From contig NIVC01001293.1 of assembly GCA_002269645.1 (NCBI GenBank), positions 248,001 to 312,000 on the forward strand: 64,000 bases of DNA. The letters are read 5' to 3'. The translations under genes were made by a program, and so were the position numbers. A model generated the notes under the pieces. It worked only from the letters and a program-made list of their open reading frames with translations. It ran no database searches and was not told the origin of the DNA. This document shows positions 38,396-51,410 of this stretch, piece by piece (position 1 is the first letter of the stretch; every line of letters starts with the position of its first letter). Origin of the DNA: Macrostomum lignano. Taxonomy: Eukaryota.

Positions 38396-40528
38396 TTACC
38401 AAAACACGCACTTTACAATTGGATTCATTCGATCGCCTGGTCTGCAACCGAACTGGTGAGCAAACTCGCCGCTATTCATCATCTGACCATTGACTCGAAC
38501 ACTGGCCACACTGTGCTGCTCAACCAGACCTTCAAAAAGGTGAGGCGATTCTTCTGAACAGAACTGCTGCGCCGCGAGCACAAAAAACTGCTGCTCCCTG
38601 GTGAGCCCGAGATCCTCTGGGTGGTCTGGCATCGCTGTAGCTTCCATGATGCTTCTCTTCGCAGCCTCGGATGCAATTCGAATGCCGACTGTGTCGCTAA
38701 AGTCTTCACTGAACGTGTTAGCTGCATCATTTGAGTTGAACAGTCTACTATGAAGCTGAGAATATTGGCGTACAAGGCACTCCTTCTGCGCGGTGAGGTT
38801 CAGCCACTGGATGAGTTCTTGATCGTGAAATATGTGCCCGATCTCGTGCGCAATTGTAGATCCAATGCTACCAATGTTGATGTAGCGAGGCAGCGCAGTG
38901 TGGTAGAATAAAGGCCACATATAGGCCAGAGGTACCACCAGGTTATAGCCGGGATGTGACTCGCCAGAGTACAAGAATGCATTCGCTTTGAAAGGGTCCG
39001 TGTTATCAAAAGCTGAAAGATTTCGTTCGCCGGTGAGTAACATTTTCACATTGTAAAACCAGCGTGCTCCGGTTAATGCCCACAGCAACTGACTGAAGTG
39101 GCTACTTGTGGATGTAGTAGTATTACTAGAGTCAATAATCTGCAGAAAGTCAATTAAAGTTTGATGAAGTCTCTTCATCTCTGACGTAGATAGTTGGTTG
39201 TACCCGATGCTGTATTGCAGTTGTTCGGTGAGCCTGCGCAGCAGGACCTCTTTTCCGGCAGCGGATAGCAGAGAACTGCGTTGAATTTGACGCGCGGTTA
39301 CGTTCACAAGTTCAGTGACAATACTCTCTACATCTTGGATAGTTCCTGGGTAAAAGTACTTGGCGTAAAACATACTGGATACAATACTTCCGACACTATT
39401 TTGCATCAAAGCTGCGCATGATGGAGCGAAAGCTACCTGGTGTGATAATTGGGAAAGCCAGTCCAGAATCAGGAATCTGATCAAGCTAGAATCTAGCAGA
39501 TCGTCAATTCCAACAGTTGCACTCTTTACCAGCATGACGAACTGGACTAACTGAGGCACATCAGTCACGTGAACCACTCGCTTTCCCACATTGTCGTCAT
39601 TGTCGAGTAAGCGCTCGAAAAATTTCGTCCAGATGAACGGTTCGAGCTGCTTGGAGGCGCATTTCGTGATTCTGTCCAGTTCTTCAACTGTGTACATTCC
39701 ATCAGGGCTCTCCCGGAAGCAGCCCCTTAAACTCAACGGCACATTTGAATTGCAACAACTTTCTGCATACCGACTTACGGCCAGGAATGCTGCTCTGCTT
39801 AAATATAACCGGCTCTTCGAATTAATATTACTGAGAAAATATTTAAAATAGTCATCGTAACCAAATATTAACCCAGAAATCTTACAATTTGCATGAAGAC
39901 TAGGCACCAATGGCAATATTTTTTCAAGATGACTGACAGCTTCTATCAGTGTCTTCGAGTGGAGCCTTAAGCTGAACCGACCACTCGGATTGTGCTTCAC
40001 CAGCGCCGCTAGTAGAACTTCTGCGCTTAAGTTTTGCCCGCTTGACAAGATTTCCTCTTCCAGCTGGCTTAGCAGAGCCGCTGCAAAGTTCTGGTAGACA
40101 CTGGCATCCTGAGCTCCTGTTGGTGATTTCACAAGTCTCCGGAAGTCGTTGCAGTGTTCGCCAAAGTCTCGCACGAATTGGTACAGGCGATCGACTGTCG
40201 GATCCGAATGACTCGCGACCGTCTGGTTGCCCTGGATGAGATCAACCAGACGCTGGCTGATGTCACTGTGAGCAAGGCTCTGCATCCTGAGCTGGTTGTT
40301 GGGGCTTCCTACAGCGTTGCTGAAGTTGCCGCATGCGAACTCGTAGAAATTGTCGCACGGCTTGGCCTTGCGGTTCATCCAGGCGGTGAGGCGGCTGACC
40401 AGCAGCTGAGGACACTCCGCATCGGCTGTGCAGGCTGTTGGCAAAGATTTCTGGCTTGCTGCTCCGCTCAGAAGCAGAGTTAGCAAGAAAACAGCAGCTG
40501 CTGAGACACTTGTAGATCGCTGCTGCAT
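38396..40528 (-). CDS. M13 family metallopeptidase (neprilysin/ECE-like), intronless, 710 aa
   Basis: PCDNFYEFACG, NAF(L)Y, HEIGH zinc motif, EDFSD third ligand, QHS, RVNG, FGC...MNP..KC..W C-terminus; N-terminal hydrophobic signal. Confidence 0.93.
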   Translation of the reverse strand: MQQRSTSVSAAAVFLLTLLLSGAASQKSLPTACTADAECPQLLVSRLTAWMNRKAKPCDNFYEFACGNFSNAVGSPNNQLRMQSLAHSDISQRLVDLIQGNQTVASHSDPTVDRLYQFVRDFGEHCNDFRRLVKSPTGAQDASVYQNFAAALLSQLEEEILSSGQNLSAEVLLAALVKHNPSGRFSLRLHSKTLIEAVSHLEKILPLVPSLHANCKISGLIFGYDDYFKYFLSNINSKSRLYLSRAAFLAVSRYAESCCNSNVPLSLRGCFRESPDGMYTVEELDRITKCASKQLEPFIWTKFFERLLDNDDNVGKRVVHVTDVPQLVQFVMLVKSATVGIDDLLDSSLIRFLILDWLSQLSHQVAFAPSCAALMQNSVGSIVSSMFYAKYFYPGTIQDVESIVTELVNVTARQIQRSSLLSAAGKEVLLRRLTEQLQYSIGYNQLSTSEMKRLHQTLIDFLQIIDSSNTTTSTSSHFSQLLWALTGARWFYNVKMLLTGERNLSAFDNTDPFKANAFLYSGESHPGYNLVVPLAYMWPLFYHTALPRYINIGSIGSTIAHEIGHIFHDQELIQWLNLTAQKECLVRQYSQLHSRLFNSNDAANTFSEDFSDTVGIRIASEAAKRSIMEATAMPDHPEDLGLTREQQFFVLAAQQFCSEESPHLFEGLVEQHSVASVRVNGQMMNSGEFAHQFGCRPGDRMNPIVKCVFW

Positions 40529-42564
40529 TTTCCAAGTATCGTCAGAACAAGTATGTCTATTTTAGAACCCCGCAGCATAAACCAGCCTTTTTATTCAATT
40601 TGCGATTCTCTTTTTAATGATATAATGAGCAATAATTAGTTTCATGCGCAAAAATAGCTACGCTTTAGACTCCCTGTAGCAAGTCAGAGATCGTGGGAGT
40701 GGAAATTAGCAGAACATTTCGTGGCTTATTATTTATAGAGGGTGAAATCTTTTGAATACATTGCGCTGCTAAATTACGCTTTAGAAATAGATACTTTATG
40801 ATTTTTTTGTGAAGCGAAAAATTAAAGATATAACGCGTGCGCAACTAGCAAAGGGGATGTGAAGCATTGGGTCCCGATTTCTCTTCGCCAATCCCTTGAT
40901 TTGGAGCCATTCTAGAGCCTTAAGTTCACATGAAATCCCCATTTCTCCCATTTCTCTCCACAGAGATCCCAAAATGCTAAAGTGACTGGGTTTTCGACAT
41001 AACGGGAAGCTATTTGGCTCCAAATGAAGGCATTGACGTAGAGAAACCGACTTTTTAAGTTCACATCCTCTTAAGTGTGGATGAAAAAAGGCTGTTATAA
41101 CATGACGTTTTAATCATTATCTCGCTAATTCGCAGACATCATTATTCTGACATGAGCTCAGAGCGAAACAGAATAAAATTAACAAAGATCTTCATTTCAT
41201 AGCGATGAAAGAAGTTTCCGACAGCTTAAATTTTTCAATAGAAAAACCCTACCAGCAGGTAAAGAAGAGTCAATGCAACAAATAAATTACTATTTTTTTA
41301 TCCCAACAGAATAAAAAGCAATGAATTTGAATTGCAGGCCAAGAGAAGCGCTAGGGATGGCTGATTGATGACTTACTGTGGGGCTCTTCCCCTCACCTAG
41401 TCGCAGAAGCAGCGGGCGATTGCCATTCAGATTCATTGTCTGAGCAGAGACAATGAGCAGCCACCGCTAGACCCCCTCCCCCCCCATCTGCGCGGGCGTC
41501 TCTTTGATGTTTGCCGACCCTACCGGGCTGGGTTTTGTTTGCTAGTATCCCATTGGAGCGTGTATATCTTCCCGCACGATGGCATGGCATGGAATACTAG
41601 AATTCTAGACGTCTGGACTGGAAACACATGGCCAAGAGCTTTTCGAAAAAAGTTTAAAAACGGTAACTTTTTACACGAATACATGTTAGTAAATTTCAGC
41701 CTTCAAAACTTTCCAAGAAACAAAGTCTCCAAAGTCGCCTTTGAGAATTAAAAAAATCAATAAACTGTGTTTGTTTGGTTTTAATCAACTTCGGAGCGAA
41801 TGTTGGTGATTTCTAGTTTAAATTGAATAAAACAGACAAAACCTAAGCAAACAATAGGAACGCCATGCAGTTGAGTCCGGGGAACAAAATTGTCATTTTT
41901 TGAGGCAGTCGGGTCTGTTTCCACTCCAGAGGCTCCTTTCAGACCTCCACGCCAGCCCCATGTCAGCTTTTCTGCTCCCCTCCACTCACCTCCCTTCAGC
42001 TCCGCTCCCCCGTCCCTCATAGAAACAAAGAACTTCACTCAGCAGCTCACGGAAGCCCCAGCGTGCTGAGCATAAACCTGTCAAATTTATATGACTACTC
42101 TTTCCGCCTACGTTGAGTTTGTATTATGACCATCAGAGCCCTCCCTCCTCCCTCATCAGCCCCTCCTCAGCCTCCGCCGCGGCTCAAACTATAATACAAA
42201 TTGGGCTGCGGGCCAAGTGGACTGAAAAACTATGCAAGTAGCTGCAGCAGTGCCATTGCTCTTCTCACTGCCGACCTACTCTCCCCTCCCCCATGTAGAA
42301 GGCACTGACCCAGGCGAACTGATTGTCCGAACACAGCTCTTCGGTGTTAAATTTATGTCTGGCCAAACTTATTTGCCCAGATATGATCGTCAGATCAGTA
42401 AATATAGATAAAGAGAGAGAGAGCTGTGCTTGGTCACATCAGTGGCTGGCTCGGATGAACGGCTTAGCAGGAATAGAAGCTTATTGACTCCAAATTAAGG
42501 TAAAGCAACGTGCCGCTGATTGTTAATTTTGTTTTGTTATTTTCGTCTGCTGTGGCATCCTTAC

Positions 42565-42932
42565 GACTCAGTGTCACCCCTGCTGACTCAGTGTCACCCC
42601 TGCTGACTCAGTGTCACCCCTGCTGACTCAGTGTCACCCCTGCTGACTCAGTGTCACCCCTGCTGACTCAGTGTCACCCCTGCTGACTCAGTGTCACCCC
42701 TGTTGACTCAGTGTCACCCCTGTTGACTCAGTGTCACCCCTACCGACTCAGCGTCACTCCTACTGACTCAGTTCACTCCTACCGACTCAGTGTTAATCTT
42801 ACTGACTCAGTGTCACTCCTATCGACTCAGTGTCACTCCTATCGACTCAGTGTCACTCCTACCGACTCATTGTCACTCCTATCGACTCAGTGTCATTCCT
42901 ATCGACTCAGTGTCACTCCTACCGACTCAGTG
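42565..42932. repeat. 20-bp minisatellite GACTCAGTGTCACCCCTGCT / GACTCAGTGTCACTCCTATC
   Basis: Direct reading; related units recur near 43410-43460. Confidence 0.92.
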
Positions 42933-43555
42933 ACACTGAGTTTACCTCCGCCTCGCCTCGGCTTGCCATGGCAACTGCGCCGCCAGTCTCGATCGCGCTG
43001 GCTTCCGCTCATTCTACGGCCTCGTTGGTGGTCCAGGTTAAGGCAGGAATTGCTCTGGGGGCGAGATGTTGATCCGTTGCACCTCCGATGTGCTAGGAGC
43101 TGTCGTTGACTGAGACATTCAGAGCCCTGTGTACTTTTGTTGCCTGGAGCTTGATTACTTTGCAGTGGTGGCCTTCCAGGCTGGGTTGGCACTCAAATTT
43201 ATTTAAAAACTCAAAATTCCAACTTGTGGGGGGTAGCCTAGTTTGCAATGCCAATGTTACAACTGAGAAAGTCAGACTGATTTCGGGGTACACACGACCT
43301 CTAGACCACGTTGGCCTTCCGACTGGTATATTTATGCTTTAGCCGGCGACAGAGAAATATCGCAAACCGATGTACATAGCAGTACAGACCAACTACACGA
43401 CACTACCAACTCAGTTTCACTCCTACCGACTCAGTGTCACTCCAAATGTCTCAGTATCACTCCGACTCCGGCATGTGCTGTAAATGTTTAGTTAGAGGCA
43501 TTCCAATATGCAGCAGTGCATGTCATTTATGCTCAATCAAACGAGAGCACAAAAT

Positions 43556-45885
43556 TCAAAAATTTTTCTCCAAACTCTCAACAAACATGCCCTCCTGGCT
43601 ACTGTTATAAGCACTATCCATAGTCGATCTCCCACTCTCGGACGCTTGTCCAACCTTAGCCGACGAAGAAGACTTCTTGCAGGCAAAAGCCGCTCCTAGA
43701 AGATTGTGCGCCAGTTCGAGCACCTCAACAAAGGTGAGCACGGAGCAGCCCAGATAGAGACCGGACAGACCGCCCACTTCGGCGAAAAAGCTGATTCCGG
43801 TGTAGGCCAGAGTCACAACGAGTCCGTTGCTGAGCTGCTCTGTACTGCTCAGCCTCACGGACAGGACCTGCGATTGCAGCTGCTCGTTGAAGTCCAGTAG
43901 CAGCCGCTGTCGGAGCTGGGAATCGGTAGAATTAACCAGACTAATATTGTCCAGCATTGAATAGAAATAGCTGATTAGTGGGGCCGATAAACTACTGGGC
44001 TTGGTTTGGGCCAACAGCAAACGCAATGTGTCAAGCATGTTTCGATTGTCAGTTCCCGTCGGCCAGGTGCCCGTTGACCTTGCCAAACTGTACGACTTCT
44101 CCTTGCATGGCCGGCGCTTCGCGCACGCCATGGCCGCATCGTTGCTGACGGATGCCAGTAGGGAAACGTTGGGTTTAACGTAGACTCCAGTAGCTGACCA
44201 GTTATAGCAGTTGATGACGTCAGCGTGATGGTCCGGCCTTGGATAGCTCCGCTCTGTGCAGTTTAGCAATGACTTGGTTCGCCTGTGCAGCTCTGGGCAG
44301 GTGAAACAACAGGGTAGATGAGGCTATTTGTAAATACGAGTATAATATTCAATTGAGAATAGCCTGGATTCCGGTAAGGAATACTGGATGCATACCGCAA
44401 TAGTGCATTTATGTTTCATCGCTATGCGTTCATTAGAGTATACCAACTCAAGTAATTTTAAGCGTTTATTAAGTTAGCTTCGAAATTTGTAATAAAAATA
44501 AGTTGAGATCGCTTGCTCTGCTGTCGACAGTACGAGCTAGAAGCTCGTCCTAGCGCGTCGGGAACTTTCAGTGATTGGGTCTCTTAACAGTGTCAGAGAA
44601 AGTTCTAATCACACTGTTTTGTGCCTCACATGCTGCTCTAACGACGCATTAATCGATTTTTCATGTTAAATTGGTCTGTTCAGTTGAAAAAACGTTTAAA
44701 ATAACGACAAGATCAATAATTGTACGTAGAATCGTACGCAGGAAATGTACGTAGAATAAAAATTTACATAGAATCCTAATTCTTTGAACAAAAAGCTTTT
44801 TGAATATCGATAGAGCAATAAGAAAGGCACAACATATCAAAAGATGAACACTGGATCTGCCTCCTATGTTTGAATTTTCATTCCGAATAAAACAAAATAA
44901 ACTCACCATCGTAATAGCAGTAGTCGTAGCTGTACCGGCTGCTATAGGGCTGGTCAGGCGAGTAAGGGTTGTAAAAGCGGACCTGTCCCTCATCTGGCAA
45001 GCACTCGTCAGTCAGCATCTTGTGGTCCATCTCGGCCTGGAGCATTGAGATGCCCAGCTCAGTGAATGTACCGGGCCTGAGCAGCACCGAGGCAGAGCTC
45101 AGCTCACTGGGATAAGTCCCCGGCTCCGTTAAGAACAGCCTCAGCGCGGCTGGCTTCATGTAATCCAGGCCGTCAAGATAGCTCCACTGTGTTGGCATCA
45201 CGGTTGCGTTGCTATTAGCTCTGGAGTAGAATATCTGGTTATTTGGATCACTGGGAAACTGCAGCATGTGACTGTCGACGCTCAAGTAGAATTGCACAGC
45301 GTTTGCTGGATCTCTCAGAGCATCTCTTAAAGCATCGGACAGCACCAGCTTGGTGCAACGCATTCCGTTTGTGTAGTAGAACGGCTCAACCGTCAGAGGA
45401 GCCAGTGGATTGTTGACTGCAATAGCGGACATCACTGTTTGCTCAGTGCGATGGCCCAGCAAGTCTGCAACCAGTTTAATTGGTAGCGAGTTCAGCACAG
45501 CTCGCATCAGTACATAGATGTAGTCATTGCCTTTGTAATGAGGCCCAAACTGATTCATCAGTAGATCAATTCTAGATCTCAGGTATTCGGCCTCAGTTGC
45601 GTTCAAGCTCATCGAGTAGCTACCGGAGAAGATGTTCCATGGGCAGATGTACACGTCGGGAAAAACAAAGTTCATATAGTCCTTGTACAGAGATGTGCTG
45701 TGAGCCCCGCTAGCGTATCTCACGGCCGAGTTGAATAAGCAATATCCAAATAGTGCGGACACCGCGAGAAAAGCCAGAGCCCACAAACATTTCAGGTGAG
45801 TTGGTCGATTACCCGTCACTAGGCGATTTAAACCGTGGGCGGTTGTCTCCGTGGCGAACTGGCTGAGCTGTTGGCGTAGGAGCAT
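43556..45885 (-). CDS. DEG/ENaC (ASIC-like) channel; exons 45885-44907, probable small exon ~44632-44589, 44323-43556
   Basis: TTAHG pre-TM1 motif, TM1 LWALAFLAVS, FPDVYICPWN, RPCKEKSY, TM2 FFAEVGGLSGLYLGCSVLTFVEVLEL. The middle exon is not securely defined. Confidence 0.85.
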
Positions 45886-47202
45886 CTGGGAGCAGCTGCT
45901 GATGGTAGAGGGGCTGTGCGGCTCTGCCAATTGAGATGTTGGTTGGGCTTCAATTATTTTCACAGCACAGCTGCTATTGAGCTATCTACTGTAGCAATGG
46001 CTATTGCTAGTTCCAGTAAGAAAGAACACCATTTTGAATGTACCGGAGTTTCAGTTTCAGCTAGGTTCAGTGGATGCTTATAACTATAACTGCATTTTTA
46101 GTGTCATAAAGTTTCGGTGTTCGATTGGCCGCTTCTATACCGTACCTTTTTTGTTTCCGTATGAACTGTTATAAACTAATTAAATATGTAATCAAAACTT
46201 TCTTTTGAGCCCTAAATTCTTACCTGATTCAGCCAGTCGATCAGTTGTCATAGCCGTCAGCAAAATGTCTAAGAGGTTTTTTTAAGTCTAGTAAAATGCG
46301 ATCCTGATAAAATGTTATATACTAAACTGTTAGCTACAATGCCATGAACCAATGGCTAGTTTAAAGCTTTATAATTTATCCATTTTCCCTATCGGAGTCA
46401 ATACCCCTGAAGAGAAACGAGAATTAATCGTGCAAATATTGGAGTATTTGCATTAAGCAAGCCAAGCGACTGCGAATGATGGACCAAAATCAACAGCGCT
46501 TAATTTAATGTCTCATTCATTCGCCATAGGAACACGGACGGGATCACGATGGTAAACACTGGGGAACTTATTTACTGTAGAGACTGTCTTTTGAGTCAAT
46601 AATAAGTCAAAGCCATTTTTTGGGTATACGAGCGTAATATACAGGTGCGAGCTCAAGGCTGATCGATCGTGCAGTAAATCAAGGTGCACTTACAGAACCG
46701 CTACTCGCACAAATGTCTGGCCACAGTAAGAATTGAGAAGCCTTGAGTCGGATTCAGTCTTGTTGCCCTGCTAAGGGCAGTTTTAAAGGGTAGTTAGGTA
46801 CTGTTGCGACGCGCAGAAGTAAGACGGCCCCTTTACTACGATCCATGCATGAGCATTGCATGTATACGCTAGAGCTGTTGCTCCATGTACATGCATGGGG
46901 ACTCATGCTCATGCTTATCGCCCGTCCCACTTCCCCGCGCACCAACCCCCACCTGAAATAAATCATGAGAGGGGCAGCTTTACACGACCTCCAATCTACC
47001 CAAGCTTTCCCCACCTGTTACGTAATCCCCCATCATTAATCACTTCTCTCCGCTGTGCCCCTACCTGATTTCTCGGCCAATCACAGTGCGTCTGCCGGCG
47101 CGGGTGACGTCATTAGGGTTGTTTGTAATGGAGGTCCAAGGACAGGTCTCAGCCTTCAATGTCACACATCACACGCTCACGTGATCGCGTGACGCGTGAT
47201 CT

Positions 47203-47450
47203 CAGGGCTATAAATAGGAACCTGTTTAAGTCTTGAGCGGATAATTTTACCTTATCCTTTACCCCTTACTTTGCTGTGCTGTTGTCTGGGCTTCGGCCTT
47301 TGTGTTGTTCTGTTTGCTAACGAGACCCAACCTTCCCTGAGAAACTCAGCACCCGAATGGGCAACTCTTCCAATCTTTTCTCTGGGGGGGGGATGCTTTC
47401 ACAAGGTTGAAATTTCAACACAACAAAAATTCTAGCAAGGGACTTCATAA
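47203..47450 (+). repeat. ~250-bp direct repeat, copy 1 (TATA-containing segment plus MITE-like end)
   Basis: Diverged match to 51160-51410. Confidence 0.85.
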
Positions 47451-48399
47451 AGTCGACATTTCACAAGGTCGAAAACCCATAGAAGCCACTTACACAAGGT
47501 CAAAATTTCGAGTCTGTGAAACCCCGCTTCTCTGGACTGGATCGACTCTCGCCCTTTAATAATTTGATTGCTCCTCTATTCTCAGGATCTTCCCAATACT
47601 CGTAAGCACCCGCTAGCTATCCTTCCCTTCCCCATCGTTTGCGGCTTCCCCTAACACACACCCCAATACGAGACTTCCGGGTCGCCCACGACTGCAGCCG
47701 CCGTGACCATCCGACGACCACCGCGCCAAGCAGCTCTGCCCGTCCGCCGCGTCTGTTAAGGTATTTTTCCTCTGTTGCGCTGCCCTTGGGTCGCATTAGC
47801 CTGCGGTCTCCTCCCGACCCATTGCTCACATCTCCTAATGTTCTGTCTTAACCTACGAGTATTTCGCTTTAATAATAAACCTAACTGTTAGGGCCAAGTT
47901 TAGGGCCAACAATTCAGGGCATTTAGCCATTCAACTCTGTTGCTTGTCTGTTTACTTATTTACCAGGAGTCGTGGTATACATGTAAGTGTTAGTAGTGAG
48001 TGCGCCTGTCGCAGGGCATGGAAATATAGTACAAGGGGGCAAAACAATTCATGAGGGCCGGCTGAGGGAGCCACATTCATCACATATGGTTGTCTGTGAC
48101 TAAAACTTAATTCTGCGATCGCCACAGAGAATTCGTCGTCCTACACAAATTGTCTTGTGAATGTACTGTTTCCATCACGGAAGAAGGCGGAAGAAGCTCC
48201 CGCTCGTCACGACCCCTCCGAGGACGTGGACCCTGTCAGAGGGAAAGCCGCGAAAGCCGCAGCCACAGGCGGACGTTGAAAGGGCCAGAAAACCCGCCCG
48301 GAACACTATCCGCTCTGGTCTGACTCAGCGCGAAGCAGCTGCTGGACACCGCTAAGGCCAACAACCGCAGCAACCCCCAGCCCAGTGTCACCACTGCGG

Positions 48400-50799
48400 C
48401 CCCCGGAAAACCGGGCCGAGAGCGAGAATGCCGCCCAGGTGGTGGCCCCGCCCTCGATTTAGGCTACGGTAGTCTTCATAACCAAGCCAGGGAAGGGAGA
48501 CTATCACTCTGCCAAGCTTACCGCCCTATCAGTCTGACGTCTTTCTTCCTCAAACTAATGGAACGGCTGATGCCCAGGCGCCTCCTCCTCGTAGAGCTGA
48601 GGAACTCCCCGTTCTCCCCCAATCAGCACGCTTTTCGTTCTGGACGCTCCATCGAAAGTGCGCTGCACGCCATTGTCGACAAGCAAGAGCGCGGTGCTTA
48701 GCAGTGGATACACGCTGTCGCTTTTCCTCGACATTGATGGTGCTTTCAATAATGTGCTTTTTGAAGCCTTTAAGCGGGCCCTGGAATCCCGGGGCACGCA
48801 CGAGCACCTTACCCGCTGGATCATGTACATGGTTTCCCATCGTACTGCCACTTCACACCCCCTGGGACACTCCCGCTCCGTGGAAGTCCAGAAAGGCGGA
48901 CCGCAAGGTGGAGTCCTCAGCCCGATCCTCTGGAACTTAGTCATGGACGAGCTGCTTTGCAGCCCGCATCCGGACCCAGTTCAGAAGGTCGGCTATGCGG
49001 ACGATGTTACCGCCACTGTGGCTGGACCATCGCCCGCGGTCCTCAGGGACCTCCTTCAAGCCTTCATCCACCGTGCCGAGCGCTGGGCACATAGCTGCGG
49101 TTTCAGGTTCTCTGAGTCTAAAACCGTGGCTATCCTGTTCACCAGCCGCCAAAACTGGAGAATCGAACCGCTCTCCTTCTATGGCAAACCCGTTGCCATG
49201 GAGAAACAAACCAGACGTCTGGGCGTCACCCTCGACCACAGGTTGAGCTGGACCCCGCACGTCCAAACTAAAGCCCACAAAGCTCTTGCGACTCTCGCGC
49301 AGATCCTCAGAGCTTTCGGTGCTGCCTGGGGCCTCACCCCCCGCCGCCTCTGGTGGATTTACACTGACATTGTTAGACCGGCCATCTCCTTCGCCGGCTT
49401 CATTTGGAACAGTGCCCTAGAGGTGAAAGGGGTTCTCGAGGTTCTTAATAGGGTACAGGGCCGCGCTTGTCGAGCTATCATGAGCGCGACTCCTTCCACT
49501 CTCTTCGCTGGCATGAACTCCTTCTCGGACATTCCCCCCTCGACCTCTTTGTTAGAGGGGAGGCAATGAAAACCACCCGCCGTCGGCTTGACGCGGGTGT
49601 CCAAATCCAGAAGCAGTTCGCCTTCAGAAAGCGGAACCTCCGGCCGCATAGCGACCTCAGCCTGCGAGACCTGGAAGCGGCGGGAGGCCTGCTGACCCTT
49701 TCGGACGGAATCCCGTCCACGCTCTGCCCTCCGCTCAAATTCAAAACCAGCATTCCACCACGTCACGAAGCAAGGGACAACTGGAAATCCCGTGAAATCC
49801 ACTGCTTCACTGACGGGTCCCAAATCAACTCCGCCTCTGGCTACGGCTACTGCATCGTGTCTGGAGGGAGAACTGCGGCGACCTTCTGCCAGCACACCGG
49901 CACCGCTCCACCGTCTTCCAGAAAGAAGTTCTTGCCATCAGCTCCTGCGCCATGGAGCTGTACAATCAGCGCGTCTGGGGGAAGGAGATTACCCTCCACT
50001 CGGACAGTCAAGCGGCGATTCACGCCCTTGAGCGCACCACCACCTGCTCGCGTACAGTCCATGACTGCATCGGGCAGCTCAATCGCTTAGGCGCCTCTAA
50101 CAATGTGTCCCTAAGGTGGATCCCTGGACATTCGGGCCACCCCGGCAACGAGCTGGCCGATCGCCTGGCCAAGGCTGGCTCGACCGGTTCTTTTACTGGT
50201 ACCCTGCCCGCGGCACCCACCCCCATCGCCGTTGTCATCACTCGGATCAACCAGTGGGTGGCTTCTAAGCACAGGGAGAGGTGGGCTAACGCCCCCGACT
50301 GCCTGCAATCCCGCGCGGCCGCTGTCCCCTGTCCTTCCTCCGCCCTGCGCAGGGCCCTGCTTGGACTCAACCGCAGGGACATCAGGGCGGTTACCATGGC
50401 CCTCTCGGGTCATGGCTGCTTTGCCAGGCATCGTCACCTCCAGGGAAAAATCCGCAGTGAGGAATGCCCTTTCTGCCTCTCCGGTGTCGAGAATGCGGAG
50501 CACTTCATCTGTGAATGCCCCGCCTTTACTCAGGACAGGCTCACCTACCTCGGCTCAAACCCAACCTCTCCGACGTTTTCAGGCCCGAGAATCTCTGCCA
50601 GCTCGTCCGCTACCGAGCGACAATCCACCTCCTGGACTCTCCGGAGGGGGACCGCGCTGCGGACACCGGCACCACCGGAACTCCCTGCGCGACACCGCAT
50701 TAGCTGCCCGTGGTCGCTAGGGGTTAGCAAAATGGGCGGCAACGCCTCCTCGCTGTTTCCGGTCGCACGGAGCCCCCTGCAGCTAAGTCAAGTCAAGTA
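48400..50799 (+). mobile_element. 5'-truncated, frameshifted non-LTR retrotransposon with RNase H (R1/LOA/I-group)
   Basis: YRPISL, FLDIDGAF, PQGGVLSPILW, YADD; RNase [32 protein letters not shown]; C-terminal CPFC...EHFICEC; (TCAAG)n tail at ~50783-50799. Confidence 0.92.
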
Positions 50800-51159
50800 A
50801 GAAGGTGTGAATAGATTAGGAGCCTGCCACTGGACAGCCTTGGTCCCAAGAAACGCCACAGCTTTCCGGATTTGATTAAATACAGCTGTCTTGCTGCTCG
50901 GGCATTGATCGCTACCAGCAGATTAAGAATCAATCAATCAATTTCGAAACCAATCTTGCAAGAACGATATGTCAACAACTTGGTGACAGAAAGCTATAGA
51001 ATTTATTTAATACATGTACGTGAGGACGATAAAGTATTAGTACAACTTGGTGGTAACAGTAGGATAATTTTAGCGCAGAAGCAAAACGCCTGTAACAGCT
51101 TGGTGTAGTTGGTGGCAATTTTGGTATTTTTCAAGAGATATAGCTCTTGCTATATAACG

Positions 51160-51410
51160 CAGGGCTTATAAATAGGAACCTGTTAAGCCTTGAGCAGAAG
51201 ATATGTTACCTTACCCTATACCTTATCCTTTACCCTTTACTTTGCTGTGCTGTTGTCTGGGCTTCGGTCCTAAATTTTTTTGTTCTGTTTTCTAGCGAGA
51301 CCCTGAGAAACTCAGCACCCGAATGGGCAACTCTTTCTATCTCTCTGGGGGGATGCTTTCACAAGGTTGAAATTTCACAACAACAAAAATTCTAGCAAGG
51401 GACTTCATAA
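51160..51410 (+). repeat. ~250-bp direct repeat, copy 2
   Basis: Diverged match to 47203-47450. Confidence 0.85.

Noticed and set aside
42940-43340. GC-rich stretch reading as a minus-strand ORF with two stops
   Set aside because: No recognisable motif or splice support.
47160-51410. LTR retrotransposon or DIRS interpretation of the direct repeats
   Set aside because: The internal RT/RNase H/CCHC region is non-LTR type with its own tail; no gag, integrase, tyrosine recombinase, PBS or matching TG..CA ends were found.
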